Assembly: GCA_963924565.1 (NCBI GenBank)
Contig: OZ004609.1
Span: 19,220,001 to 19,284,000 of the forward strand
DNA length: 64,000 nt
Source of the DNA: Ascidiella aspersa
Taxonomy: Eukaryota
Direction of reading: 5' to 3'
Shown here: positions 27,901 through 40,544 of the stretch, piece after piece
How the letters are laid out: each line of letters opens with the position of its first letter
Numbering within the stretch: position 1 is the stretch's first letter
Made by a program: the position numbers and the translations under genes
Notes under the pieces: generated by a model
Told to the model about the DNA's origin: nothing
Database searches by the model: none
Seen by the model: the letters and a program-made list of their open reading frames with translations, nothing else

Positions 27901-30900
27901 TCAGCTCGTCCTCGTCTTCTGGAAGCGGTGGCGCAACAAGCACAGCATCCACGCCGGCCGGAAGATTTCGCTCTTTCACAGAGGTTTGCCGCCGTATTTT
28001 AATAAATCTTTGTTCATAGATGTATTTGTGTAAATCTAAAGGAATTCAGGTGGCACTGTTTAACAAACAAACTTGTATTCAAATTTTGACAAGCTTTCGC
28101 ACAACCGTGCTTCATCAGGTCGAAACTTATTTTTAGGTTGATATATTCAAAAGGCATAGTTTTGTTTTTGTTAAATATTGACAGCACAATAACAAATGTT
28201 GGTTTACAGGATCCCGTATCCAGATCGCATTCCGGCGACCTTGATTCGATTTCTCCCCGTCTCTTCGACCGCAGTCGCGTGTCGCTGGACTCGGTGGCAA
28301 AGGCGAGAGCACAAACTTTCCCCGACGCCGAAAACACATTTTTCGTAATGCCGAAAGATCACGTCCGCGGCAAGTTTCCGACAGCGATTCGTGAGTTGGA
28401 TTCATCGGAGGATCAGTCCACCCCCCCTTTTCCTTTTGGCGACAGCGAATCTGCAGAGCCCCAACAAACCACGATCGAACGCAAAAACCAAAGGCCCGTA
28501 AGTGTCTATGACAACCTTCCCCAAAGTGCGCTCCATGGATCCGCCTCGGCCCAGGATCTTATAAACATCCTCGATCCCACCGCTCCATCGGTGGACGACT
28601 CAGGGGTCTTTATTGGCGGGAGCCAGGAATCCCTCGATGTTGGGGCCACGGTTCCGGACGCCGCATTTTGGAGCGTGGATGACATCGTTGAGCAAACTCA
28701 ATCGCTTCAACAGATTGTAAGCACATGGGACCACGAGCAAAATGATAAAGCAAAGCAGGAACAACAGCCGGATTCAAATTCAGTTGATCTACCAACCTCC
28801 AATGACGTGTTACCATCTTACTCGTCCGAGGTTAGTTTGTCGCTTTTGGATTACCTATTCTGTGATTGGTAATTTAGACTTTGTAATTGATCCGAGAATG
28901 CAATTAACAGTGTTTAGTTTTTGTGTTACGTGTCTTTAACTCGAAGTATTGTTTGCATAGACCATTCCGCAGACCGAAGATGAATCAGCGGCGTCGAACG
29001 GAGATCAAAGAACAATGTAAGTGTTTTATTTTGTTAACGTATTATCCCAAGCCGTTTGAAGCTAAGCGTGATTGGCAACGTTTTAAAAGAAGCCACAAGT
29101 GTCTTTTAAACTGGCTGTATATCTTATCATTGGATCGCGTCATGGTTGAATTGGCGAAACGGCACTACTCGTTTTGCAACAGTGCATATAAAGTGCAGCC
29201 GTTATCTCATCAGCACTGCCATTTTTGGTCAGCATAAGTCTGCGGCTTGTTGCGCTTCACAAAGGTCACATCGCTAGCTTCGTCGAATTGAATAACGTAT
29301 GCCGCTGCTGTCGTGAATATAATCGTGCTCGCTTTGTGCAACATGACACGACATTACGGGGAAGTGCAGCATATACACATATCTGCAGTAAAAAACTTTG
29401 CAGCGCCTTGTCAGCCATTAAGATCGGCCGCAAATGTCTTACCAATTTGCCGTGGCCTAAATTTCGTCTAAAAATGCACGGTGATCCGATACGCGCTGTT
29501 TTCGCATGTTATCTAAGCCGAGTTAATTGTACCGCGCGTTCGCTGTTGGGGTTCAATGAAAACGCTCCCATTTCGTTGTTAGCCGGTGAATAAAACCGTG
29601 AAATCGGATTGCCATTTGGGTCGCCGCCCCGACATGCCTCTTACGTGCCGATTTTTTCTACTGCATGCTTACTGTGCATCAAGAGCACGATGTCACAAGT
29701 AATCCTAAAACAGCAACCTGGAGTCGCCCGATTCGTCTATATTGGCAAAATGCTCGACACAGTAAACGGTGTTTTTGCTTCGTAGCGCCGTGTCTGACAT
29801 TCTTGTCAGAGAGTAGCCTTACATCGGACCAGCGCTTCTACATTTGGAAGAATACAAGCCTTTGGCCTTGTTTGACAAGTGTCTTTTTTATGTTCTACTC
29901 AGGCTCCGACAAGCCCGCTTGAGATGGGAGAGCTTTCACCGGGACCACGCGCCCGGCGGTGCCTCACAGCCCCTCCAACTGCACAACCTGTCGGTGGGTC
30001 AGCTGATGATCCTCAGACGCCTATCCATGCTCAAGCTCACCGCTCTGCTCGAGAGCTACGCACTTAACACCAGCAAAGGCTCATTGAGTTGGTGAGTTCT
30101 GCTGGCAGGCTTGTTTTTCGACGCTTGTTAACGCAAGCCAGGACGCTATCTAGACGTGTTTGTGTGTCTCCGTTAGATTAAAAAAATGTATATTTCACAA
30201 AGCGCTGCATTTAGCTCGACCAAACTTACAACCGTGATTCAATTGTTTTAAGGTCTGTGCCGCGCTTTATTCGCCGCATCAAAGTTCCTGACTACAAGGA
30301 CAAGGCCGTCTTCGGCGTCCCACTCCTGCAGAACGTGAAGCGGTTCGGCCAGCCCTTACCCCAATGCATCCAGCACGCCCTGGCCTACATGCGCCGGACC
30401 GCCCTGGACCAAGTCGGGCTTTTCCGAAAGCCCGGAGTCCGCTCGAGAATCCACAAGTTGCGCGCCAGCTGCGAAGAGAACCCGCTGTTGAGCAACTTCG
30501 ATGAGTGCAGCGCCTACGACGTGGCCGACATGGTGAAACAGTTCTTCCGCGAGCTTCCCGATCCGCTCATGACTATGAAGTTGTCGGAGACATTCATCGG
30601 CGTATTTTTATGTAAGTGTACTTTTGTTGGTCTTTTTCCTAATTTTGCTTGCTTCCCCCGTTTTTATTTTTTATAAAACCTAAAAAACGTTATCGGATTC
30701 TTTATTGTTACGTCCTAATCAATTAATTTATTTGCTGCAGACGTACCCAAAGAGCTGTGGCTTCAAACCCTGCAGGCCGCTGTCATGCTGCTACCGGACG
30801 AGACCCGGGAAACGCTCAAAACCCTAATCTGCTTTCTTAGCGATGTGGCCGCCCGGTCGAGTGAAAACCACATGAACGAAACCAATCTAGCAACCTGCTT

Positions 30901-33191
30901 CGCACCTTCGCTTTTCTATCAGCAGTTTGGGAGCGTTAAAAGCGTCTCTTCTTCCTCTCCAAAGTAAGTCCTCAACCATTGTTGGAATAGTACGAAAGTT
31001 TGCGGTGTAGGACGCAGAAAATAGCGCCGAAAACAAGCTTTATTTGGAAACAATGTGGTCGAGTTTCTCATGGCACATACTGAAATGTACTTCGAATTTT
31101 GTAACAAACATTAACCGGTCTGGTATTGGGAGTTGCATTTTCGCCAGAGCGCGTTAGCCGCTAATGTAATCGACCGTGCAGTCAAAACACACGCAAGAGT
31201 TTTCGAAAGCATACAACGTTTCGCGAAATGGCCAGGGTTCAACGCTGGGTTAATCCTGTGACTTTCTTGAACTTGTCGCTGACAGGCACGGCGACCATGT
31301 TTCTATAGATATAATTGTCTGTCTGGCCGTGACATGGGCACAAACTTACCAACCACTTGTTTTTCCAGAGTACGAAAGCAGCAAGGCGGAAAGGGCTCGA
31401 CTGGTATGGCGCTGGGGCGACCCGACATGAAAGAAATGAACGAGAACGCAGCGGCCAACAACTGCCTTGCATTTATGATCCGGCACGTCAAGAATCTCTT
31501 CAAGGTGAGCCTCGCGAAACAAAATGCGGCGAACTTTTGCCCTGAGTCACGCGTGTCACGGATTTGCATGCGAACTTGATACATCCGTTTGCACTTTGTC
31601 GCCGCTCACGATTTTGACTTGGCCCTATTTCGGTTAATATTACATCTCAAACCAACCAACAACAAAATTGTAGTCGGATTTAGTTTGTCGCCTGTGCGTT
31701 AAAGACCAGTCAAGCGCATTCAAGGACAAACTGGGGGTCAACTCGCTTTTCTGTCTTTTCTGTTCCGTTGACTGACAGATCCTTCTTCTACAGTTTGCTT
31801 CTATTTGTTGCGGCTTGGCAGTCGAGCGCTGCGCTGTTTGGTTACGAAACACGAAATAAGCCAAGCTTGGTTTGTTGGAATTTAATTACGCCGACTGTTG
31901 TTGCTAGTTCTTGGCGAATGTGTTTGCTTTGGACAAAAACAAATGCACTATGTTAATCGTAATACACCTTTAAATAAACTTCCTTCGGTATGTCTAGTTT
32001 TGAATGACGACCCATAAACGAATTTGAGTCAGACACCCTCCCCTTGACTTTCACAGTAATTTTATCTCGAAAAATAATACCTACACTGAATCACCAACGT
32101 CCTTCGCTGCGTCGACTTTACCCGCCCCGATGTCTCACATCCTTTATTTTATGACCAACAGATCTCGGAAGACGCGATGACGCAGTGTCGCATGTCGGTT
32201 ATGCAGCAAAGCGAGGATGTACTGGCAGACGAGATAGGCCTGACGCCGGCCGAGGTTGGCGACGACGGCACCGACTACTACGCCGATTTCCACGCCTACG
32301 TTGACCGGGTGGCGGCTCAGACGATGCGCGAGGAACAGCGTATCTCGCAGAATAAGGGCGGTTGGCAGAACGTTCCAACCACCCAGGGCAGCGACCTCAT
32401 GTTCCGAAAGGTAAGAGTTGAGTTGCAGCGATTCTATTACAATTTCGTTGCATAACTTCGTAATATCTCCCAATATTTTAAAAACTGCGATTTTGTCTAT
32501 TTTCAGCTGCATATAGTCAATACCTCAAAACTTTTTCTAACTGCCTGTGTTTTTCATAGATGAGCGACGGAAATCCTCTTCGCTTGTGGCGCTGTCAGGT
32601 GGAAGTGGACGGTGCTGATGTGCGCCAAGTCATGGATCGCGTCCTCCACGAGCGTCACCTGTGGGACGAGGACCTGGTTCAATGGAAAGTCCTCCAGCAG
32701 CCGGACGAGCGGACTCAGCTCTTCCAAACCGTCCGCGCCGAAATGAGCCCACACCCGAGCCGCGATTACTGCGTATTGAGGTTGGTTTCATGTAACACGC
32801 ATTCTGTTTTTGCCTATATTTTAGCATTTTTGTTTACGGTTTTTAATTGCCTGCTATATATTTCTTTAACCGTTGCGTATTTCTTACCAGGTCTTGGAGA
32901 ACCGACGTTAACTCACGCGGTGCTGCGGTAATCGTCGAAGCATCTACGAGTCAACCAAACCTCCTCGGTGACGTCAGAGGTGTGGTGCTAACGTCGCGTT
33001 ACGTCATTGAACCGACCGAGGTTCCCACCAAGTGCTTGCTAACCCACGTCTGTCGTGTGGACACCAAGGGTCGCAACCCGGAATGGTATAACAAGGCCTA
33101 CGGTCACGTCGCCTGCCAGCTGCTCCTGCGACTTCGGGACTCAATCCACGAGATGCCACCTAAATCTTCCCCTTGCCCCACCTCTGCATAA
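883..33191 (+). CDS. DLC1/STARD13: DLC1/STARD13/STARD8 (crossveinless-c) family Rho GTPase-activating protein, SAM-RhoGAP-START; whole-gene span, 14 coding exons, ~1088 aa
   Basis: Exons 883(or 899)-970, 1588-1669, 5375-5426, 26884-27063, 27474-27983, 28210-28830, 28961-29016, 29903-30091, 30253-30611, 30741-30963, 31369-31504, 32162-32410, 32560-32780, 32891-33191 all have GT-AG boundaries with matching phases. Motifs EACAWLRAAGFPQYAHLYE (SAM), VFGVPL..GLFRKPG (RhoGAP) and START-domain residues match the DLC family. Confidence 0.93.
1588..1669 (+). CDS. DLC1/STARD13: RhoGAP exon 2 (SAM)
   Basis: TTTACAG|..EGNFPVDISSVTTDHDFLAQEHIAPLVR..|GTAAAT; resembles DLC1 FPIDISLVKREHDFL. Confidence 0.92.
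5375..5426 (+). CDS. DLC1/STARD13: RhoGAP exon 3 (SAM end)
   Basis: TTTACCAG|..RLDVLNKCATMKLDKPS|GTGAGT; resembles DLC1 RLNTLNKCAVMKL. Confidence 0.92.
9670..10061. mobile_element. Degenerate hAT-type MITE (one terminus lost)
   Basis: Right end CTGGGTACGCCACTG; GGAATACA duplicated at 9662-9669 and 10062-10069; poly-G and poly-C subterminal tracts. Confidence 0.6.
15913..16280. mobile_element. hAT (Charlie-like) MITE
   Basis: TIRs CAGCGGTTTTCAACC / GGTTGAGAACCACTA; 8-bp TSD CTGTAGGT/CTGTAGAT; subterminal TGGGCCATG motif shared with 43508-44255. Confidence 0.8.
23434..24312 (+). CDS. Probable alternative first coding exon of the RhoGAP gene (293 aa, Ser-rich, SAM-less isoform)
   Basis: 302-codon ATG ORF inside intron 3; phase-0 donor ACG|GTGGGT after 24312 joins in frame to exon 4 at 26884. 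Confidence 0.65.
26884..27063 (+). CDS. DLC1/STARD13: RhoGAP exon 4
   Basis: SKESQTDEEDEEDEPCAISEFWHLDDDGRRWSRLD resembles DLC1 DEDEPCAISGKWTFQRDSKRWSRLE; TTTCAG acceptor, GAG|GTGAGA donor. Confidence 0.92.
27474..27983 (+). CDS. DLC1/STARD13: RhoGAP exon 5 (Ser-rich linker)
   Basis: Part of ORF 27465-28019; SFLKR and IVISEP motifs; phase 0/0. Confidence 0.85.
28210..28830 (+). CDS. DLC1/STARD13: RhoGAP exon 6 (focal-adhesion targeting region)
   Basis: PKDHVRGKFPTAI, SVYDNL and VDDIVEQ motifs; phase 0/0. Confidence 0.9.
28961..29016 (+). CDS. DLC1/STARD13: RhoGAP exon 7
   Basis: TTGCATAG|TIPQTEDESAASNGDQRT..|GTAAGT; supplies the phase 0 to phase 2 link needed for exon 8. Confidence 0.75.
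29903..30091 (+). CDS. DLC1/STARD13: RhoGAP exon 8
   Basis: LRWESFH...LSVGQLMILRRLSMLKLTALLE, a conserved DLC-family block. Confidence 0.93.
30253..30611 (+). CDS. DLC1/STARD13: RhoGAP exon 9 (RhoGAP domain with arginine finger)
   Basis: VPRFIRRIKVPDYKDKAVFGVPL...QVGLFRKPG...DVADMVKQFFRELPDPL. Confidence 0.96.
30741..30963 (+). CDS. DLC1/STARD13: RhoGAP exon 10
   Basis: MLLPDETRETLKTLICFLSDV...NHMNETNLATCFAPSLF. Confidence 0.95.
31369..31504 (+). CDS. DLC1/STARD13: RhoGAP exon 11
   Basis: GRPDMKEMNENAAANNCLAFMIRHVKNLFK; TTTTCCAG acceptor and AAG|GTGAGC donor. Confidence 0.93.
32162..32410 (+). CDS. DLC1/STARD13: RhoGAP exon 12 (START domain start)
   Basis: ISEDAMTQCR...KGGWQNV..DLMFRK|GTAAGA. 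Confidence 0.9.
32560..32780 (+). CDS. DLC1/STARD13: RhoGAP exon 13 (START)
   Basis: DGNPLRLWR...ERHLWDEDLVQWKVL...MSPHPSRDYCVLR. Confidence 0.95.
32891..33191 (+). CDS. DLC1/STARD13: RhoGAP terminal exon 14 (START)
   Basis: SWRTD...VRGVVLTSRYVIEP...THVCRVDTKGRNPEWYNKAYGH, then TAA. Confidence 0.95.
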
Positions 33192-33933
33192 GTCCGAATC
33201 CTAACCTACGTCTCGGACATGATGGTGCTCACTGGATGCGCCTTCAGACACCCGCGGACACACACGAAGTTCAACACCGGTTATTTTTGTTGTTTGTTTT
33301 CGAATGCTGCGAGTGTTTATATTCTGTTGTTGTCTGCATCACCTTTTAGCGTTTTTCGAGCCTCCACTGACACGGCAACGTGCGAATTTTTGCTCTTCAC
33401 ACTTTTGTTTTTCTTGCGTTTTCGTTCTATATACATTTCTATATATATTTATATGCGGCAAATTAAGAGGCCGAATAGCCCGTAACCAGCTCGCACCTGT
33501 TCCACATCTCGCCAACGTATCTATCGCGTCACAAAGCGCTAAAACAAGGAAAAGCCGCCCAACCCAAAACCTCAAGTAGCATGATCCTACACTGCCGCCC
33601 GTCTCAGTCAGCATCACCAGGTTACGTGTGGTCATCTCATAAAGTCGCACATATCTTCCACCGTTCTGCTCTTTCTATTTTTTCCGTTGTCTGAATTATT
33701 GCCCTCCCCTCGTCAACGCAGAGATTCTTGTTTTGTTTTTCTTGCGTGAGCACTGAGCATTGTTGACGTGTTGCGCCATTGTTTCTTTACTTGTTTTTTT
33801 TTTGTCTGTCGATCCGACCTTTCGTGGTCGATTCGCTCCCTATCCTCTTTGTGTTCTCGCTTCACGCGGGAACAGAAAAAATAAACAAAACAAAACCTTC
33901 ATTTTATCTTTCGAAGTTTTGCGAGAATAGTTT

Positions 33934-33939
33934 AATAAA
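33934..33939 (+). promoter_or_regulatory. Likely polyadenylation signal of the RhoGAP gene
   Basis: AATAAA about 750 nt after the stop codon, followed by GT-rich sequence. Confidence 0.55.
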
Positions 33940-34718
33940 GTTACCGCTTTGTTTACTAAAGTGGTATCCCGAAGTTGTTTCAACAAAATTTGGTTGTTGT
34001 GTGTTGAGTACCTAAAGTCGGGGGGGTGGGGGGGGGGGGATCATTTTAGATGATTACTATAGCAGTGAATTTGTTAAACAAAACATCATGAGTTGATCTA
34101 CAAACATTTCTCTCCTGGCTAAATAATGTAATAAAGTTCGTAGCTATATACTATAATATGAAAATACCAATCACTAAACTGTTAACGTTGATATTAGGGC
34201 CCCTTTTTGCAACAAAGTGTATTGTTTCTTGATGACCCGATATTGTCGGAGTAGAGTCATGATTTTTTTGGAAGTTTTTCATAATATCAGATACTTCACT
34301 GAATTAGTAGTGTTTTTAGTAATGCAATTCCGTTATTGACGTTTTGTCATTTACCGCGTTGTTTTTTTACGATGTGGTATAAAATAACAAAAGAAACTCT
34401 TATTTCATATATTGTTGAAAAACCTAAACTAAAAACAAATTTTGATCTGCCTAAAATCTAAGGCATATAATTGGCAGAAATCAAGAAGACGTCGTAAGTC
34501 GTAATATTCAGCCATGGTGATATTTCGCAGAGGTGTATATTACGGTTGTTCTCTAATTATACTAAGACTAATTGGCGTGATTAAAACCGCGTGCACAATT
34601 TCAACGATATCTCTTCACCGGTATGAAAATCGATATTAAGGTCGCTTCAATGCAAATGGGAAAATAAGTTATACTTTTTTGAATTCCCAAAACATGTTTT
34701 GCGCAAATAATGATTTTG

Positions 34719-37700
34719 TCAATTGTTGTCACTTGTCCACACGAATTCGTTTCCCACACAGTCATCTATCAAACATTTGTTAGTCGGTAGGGTACGCCTT
34801 GAGGTCGACGACGAACCCTGTGACATCATCGAGTCGTTTTCGCTAGGAATGCCAACGTCATAGACCTCGAAGACAGGCGTGCAGAAGCCGAGGGGAAAGT
34901 CGTTAGTTGTTGATGCCGAGTCGCCTTTAAACGCTGAACATAAGAAAAATGCCATCTTTTAAAACAAGCGGATGGTAAAATAGTGTTTTTTTTTAAGAAA
35001 AATTAATATTGTTTATTTTTCTTGCGAATGGAAAAAGTAAAATGTATTTTTTATGAGGACAATTTGCAAATCATTTTGTTTACAATCTTTGCTACGGTTA
35101 TGAAAATAACGTGACTTACGCATAAGACTTGAAAATATTTTTATTTAAATACGACTTATTACTAGAAATTAAATTCGCCAGCGATTTTTTTATAAAGAGC
35201 CAGACGTCGTACTTTCGTATTTGATAGATATGGTATTTCTCAATCATACATTTGTGCTTAGCAGTTCCGGTATGTGGAGAAAGGATGACTTCTTCATTAG
35301 CCACTCGTATCCAAGCAATATCCCGCAGTAAAACAAGTCTCCCGTCGGTCTGTTAATCACAAAATTGGTTATTAACTAGTGGAATCTTTAACAGTTGTAA
35401 ACCAATACACTGCACACTTTATTGTAAGAGAAGTGATTTAAACCTAAAGCCATACTTACAAACTCAAACGACAGTTTGCATGAGAAATGTGTTTTTACTA
35501 TAAAATTGTAAACCACCTGACATCCCTTGCTCTTCGAGTTAATGCGAAGTTCTTCTCGCTTGCGAAATCTCCGCTGGGCTTCCGCCAATATCAAAGTCGT
35601 GTGCTCACTCTGCTCACTTATTCCGTTCAGTTCAGACCTTAAATTATTCTCTTCTTTTGCCTGAACGTCAGCATGACGCTTTACCTTCTCTAGCGCCAAT
35701 TGGATGTCCGATCGGGTGTTTCTTATCGCCGCTAGGGCGTCCTTGGCCTTACTGTTTCTTGACGCCTTGCCACGAATTTCGAATTCGTCTTCCACTAGAT
35801 ATTGCTTGTTGGCATTTAAATGCTTCATCGCTTTCTGCAAATCAGACGTATAGTCATTTTACTTCAAAAAACACAATTTTTACACAAATAGAAATTGTGG
35901 CGATATCCTAAAAACTGTTTTGTCACCTCATGCTCTTCTTCCTTGTGTGTACGCTGCAAAGTGTGCTCCTGGATTTCGTTATTAATATCTTTTAAATCCT
36001 TCTCGTGCTCGGTAATCTTATCATCCGTCGTCTGAACGTTCTCGTCCATTCGTTTTCGTTCGCCGAACACCCTAAACACCATTTAAACATCTTAATAAAT
36101 GTAACTACACTGTAAAAAAACACAGGTGCAGCCGCCGGCACATCGCCGGGACCCCAGAACAGAATATATTTCATTTTAAAATATGTATGTTAAAAACTAA
36201 AATAAACTTCTAATTACTTCATTTCGAGTTACACGTTACATCAGAGCCCTGACTGGCGAAGTCCCCGCTTCTCTGCGGGTTAAGCAAAGTCCACAACAGT
36301 TCAACGTATAAGGTATCAACAAAACTTATAAATAAATGTTATGCGGCTTTTTAACACGTCTCTGAAATGTACTGAACCTGTATTCGGTATTGATAAGTTG
36401 TAAAGCTATCGAAACAGTCATAACTCATAACGTTGTTCACTACAATAAAACGCTTTATTTAAGTTAGAATATTGCTAAATGTTCATAAACATTTATCTTG
36501 ATTTCGTTATTTATTTTAATCGCGTAAATGTTTTGTGATAGAATTTATTCTAAACACGAAATTTCTTTTTAATTTTATGTGAAAACCTGTTGTTACTGCT
36601 TTGACCACGGTCAGACAACCTATCTGAACCTTTAACTCTATACTAGTGTATAATTCTAGAAAACCTTTCTAAATCTTTCGTTGCGTCATTTAGCGTCTTT
36701 TGCGATGCTTTAAGGTGTTTCGTTGCTTCTGAATTGTTAGACATCGCTTGCTGTTGAATATTTTCAGACAACATTAGGTGCTTCTTGGCGACGAGTTCCT
36801 ATAATAAATAACGCTCCTTTATCAAGATGTTAGTCGCAAATTGCATTAAAAACAAATAAACTGTACAATTCGCAGTGTGGCACGCAGCTGCTTTGAAGAA
36901 GCACCATTTTCGTCCCCCCTATTAGTAATGAAATTTCATTCTTGAGGCATAAGCCATAAAAATTGTATAAAATAACTTAAATTTAACAACGGCTTGATGT
37001 TGTACGACGTAAAACTGTGTGGAACCTTAGCATGTGCCGCGTCATGAACTTTCAACAACTCGCTGTTCCTTGCTACCAGTTCCTCTATCTTAATCGTCGT
37101 CTCTACAGCTTTACAGTCTTCCTGTTCGTAAAGGATTTCCTTTTGCAGAAACTGATTGCGACGGATAAGGTCGTCCCGAGCTCTTTCCAATCTTTAAACA
37201 TAGAATATTAGGCCTACAACTGGTTTCTAAATTTTGGTATTTTTTGTAATATAACAAAAGCATACACATACACGTGTACAACAATTCTATGGTAGGTATT
37301 GTATTTTTACCCTTTGTTTTTACAATATCACAACAGGGCCTAAAGTTAAGAAACCTTGAGCGAAATAGATAACCTCTAAACCAGTGGTTGACATTTTTCT
37401 TCTCAAATACTCTTTCAAGTTCAAGAGCAACTAAAAACCACTACGTAGAACCACTACAACAACAGGAACGGATCAAGTCCCAGTCAAATCATTATTAAAG
37501 CAAGTCAACTTTAAGTCAAGCCGTAGGTCATTGCAAGCAAATTGTTTTACGTGCAAAAATTGAGGTACATAACACAGATATAAAGACTTATGCAAACCAA
37601 GTTGTTTGACACAATGACTTAAGTCCAACTCAAGCCATTTATCCAAGAACTTAGTCAATTGACATTGAGTTTTTGGGTTATTTATTATTCGATAAAATTA

Positions 37701-39633
37701 TCCAAGTTTTGCATTTTTGCGATCTATGCGCTTAAATGTGTGGCGCAAACAATCTATATGAGCATGCCAGTTGATCTACAGCTATTTACTGCCCAGCTTA
37801 AAGGCTGAATAAACCTGCTCTGCCCAAAGTTGCGATGTATATTATAGCATGTGTAAACTGATAAGCTCTACAAACTGCACCTTCTTCTAAATTATAGGTC
37901 CAATCACCTTCACCTAAATTAGAAGGTTTGCCAAATCAAACAAAATAGGTTTTTCGCGCTTGGCGCTACTAGATTGGATTTATCTATATATTTTCGAACA
38001 AGTTCACTTGAGAACAGCAGGTGTTTTTACGAATAATTGTTTTAAGACAGCCTAATTTTGTGACGCCAACCATTCGACATGGAGTACATTGATCTCCTGT
38101 GACATAATTACGATAACTTGCCATAAAAAGACAATAAAACCTAAATGGTAAAAACGTAATAAACGTTATAAACATCCAATGTTCTATGATTTTTTCAAGT
38201 ATGCCCTACAAAAGGTTGATAGGTCTACACTTATCAATGGCTTATGAAAATTATATACAGTCCAGAATATTATCAGAACTTATTCACGATTGCAAACTTG
38301 CAAAAGAAAACAGGCTATGACTCTCGGCCTGTACATGTTGTACGTAACTCATGACATTGATTTTATGGCATATCTAAATTTTAGTTTTACGTCATCTATA
38401 AGACATACCTGCTAAATTACAAAACCAAACAAACCTATAAACTTCTGCTTTGAAATTCTGGTTGCTTTTTGTTGGCGGAAACAATGGTGCTTTTGTTTTC
38501 TCGTCCCTGTTGGCAAGCCTGGTTCGGTCATCGGGCATAACTCCAACAAGTTGCTTTCGCGAGGCGGAATTGAGAAGGCGGGTCTGTTGGCCAATCTTTC
38601 GCCCGACCCTGGGCATCGCGCCCTTGGATTTCTTCTGTCGTGTCTTAATATCGTTGAACTTACCAGCCGCTGGTCCACCCTTCCCTAAAGTGGGCGACGC
38701 GGTGGTCCCTATCACGGGCAAGTGAAAATGGTCGTCCTCTTGAGGGGCAAGTAGATACGGTGACAAGCGGTTGTTTTGCATGGAAGCACGACCTCTGTTC
38801 TGCGGCGAAACGCTGTTCAGTGTGCGAGGCGCCAGCAACGAAGGGTTTGACGCGCTTCGGATATTTTTCACATTAAAGGTCTTGTTTATTTCCGGGCTTA
38901 CGACTTGCAAGCGGATGTCTTGGATATTGGCGCTCATTTCGGAGGATTTCTCAGAGCTTTCGGTAACGAGACACTTGGATGCAGATGTAATTCTAACTCT
39001 AATCAGCAGATGTTCATCTTCTCGCGCTAATTTATTTTTTGTAAAGCGTTCTCCTAATGAACTCACTCTCCTAGAAAACGCAGTGTCACTGGATTTACTG
39101 GAACTCGCAATAGGATAGCGAGGCTGGATTGTCAGCGGTTTGCAAACCTTTGTCCATTCGCGTGATTTTTTGTCAACTGAACAACTTATTGCGTTAACTT
39201 TTGCTCGATCAACAGCTGTCACTTCGCGGGTAGCGCGGGCCAAATGATCGACAGAACCTAGGCCCGCATAGCTTCCCAAAAGAGCAATTCTCTCCTGCCA
39301 GCTTATATTTTCTTTTTCCGAAAACGGCTTTGCGAAAATGCCTGCGTTAAAATTGCTCGTTTGCCTCGATAGTGCGCGACAGTTCTGTTCATTAGATGTC
39401 GGAGGTTGGTCCTCCCCACTCTTGACACATTCCTCGTTCTGGGCTGAGTCGTACTTGCCCAGTTGTTCAAAACGATGCCGATTTTTTCTTGTAATTTTTG
39501 TTTCTTTTTTTGCCTTGAATGTTTGTTTGGTGTCCAGGGCAACGCCGATTACTAGGAAGCTTTCCTGGCCCTGACCGACCTTCTTTGTCCAGCTTCGGTT
39601 ATTGCACCTCTTAGTCTGTCTGTTTCCAAACAT
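34719..39633 (-). CDS. Uncharacterised protein (~758 aa) with basic/Ser-rich N-terminus and long coiled coil; 7 exons
   Basis: Exons 39633-38435, 37191-37026, 36798-36665, 36071-35927, 35834-35517, 35349-35250, 34933-34719 join with consistent phases (FKAEVYR|LERARDD..HAK|ELVAKK..DLER|VFGE..EEHE|KAMKH..GCQ|TDGR). The start codon and last two exons are less certain. Confidence 0.72.
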
Positions 39634-40544
39634 TGCGCCGCGAACCTGTCGTCTCAACTCTCTTCTCGCCAACCATTTGAATTATTTAAAACCGACCGCT
39701 CAATTATTGCGGTTGCAATTTAATTTCGCTGTTGTTTTCATCCGTACACGGCTAAAGCAGAATGCCAGTTTAATGAAAAAAGTAATAAAAAACACTTGCC
39801 GTTGTTTTGTTAACGCGCAACGTACAACTTATCTAGAAAGCTTATTTGGTTTGTTTGCAGTGCCATTGGATTAATATCTACATAACACCAGCATACAGGT
39901 AATCCATTATCGAAGTGAAACTTTACGCCATATTGTTTTAAATTATTCACGAGGCTTTAAATTTTCCTATGTTATCCCTGTAAATTAAACACCAGTTCGT
40001 GTGGCCGCGAACAGGGTAAACAATAGGCTCCAAGGGAACGTTGGACAATTCTAAACAATCCACCTGTTACTAGACAATAAAAACACTCTGAATTTCGCAT
40101 AAAGATTATTGTGTTTCGGTTAATCGCGTAGGTTACATGTGAATCTTGACTAGAAATATCGAAAAGCCAAAAAATGTATAAGCTAACATTAGAAGTAAAT
40201 AGATCACAGAACATCTATTTTTACGATTTGTTTTTATATATTGCTTCATATCGGGAGAAATGCTTAGTTTTGCCAGACAGACTACTGAAAAACTCCTACG
40301 TTTTAGACATTGTTCAAGTCATATTAAATAAACTTTCTCTACACATTTCCAGGCAAGCGCCTTAGCCCTATAGGCTTTTATAGGTCGTTTGCAAAGCCCT
40401 CGCAGTTTTTATTTACGACCCAGAGTATAACACTGCGAACATTATGCGTCCAATGCGGCTAAGTCCAAAAACCGCTACAGAAATATATTTCATTAACAAC
40501 AGTGAAAAAATAAAATTGTAGGGTGTGAATGATTAACCACAGGC

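Noticed and set aside
33174-33191. C-terminal CPTSA as a CaaX prenylation motif
   Set aside because: Cys is fifth from the end, not fourth
34020-34039. Poly-G tract after the RhoGAP poly(A) signal
   Set aside because: Similar tracts occur in local MITE ends; no evidence of function
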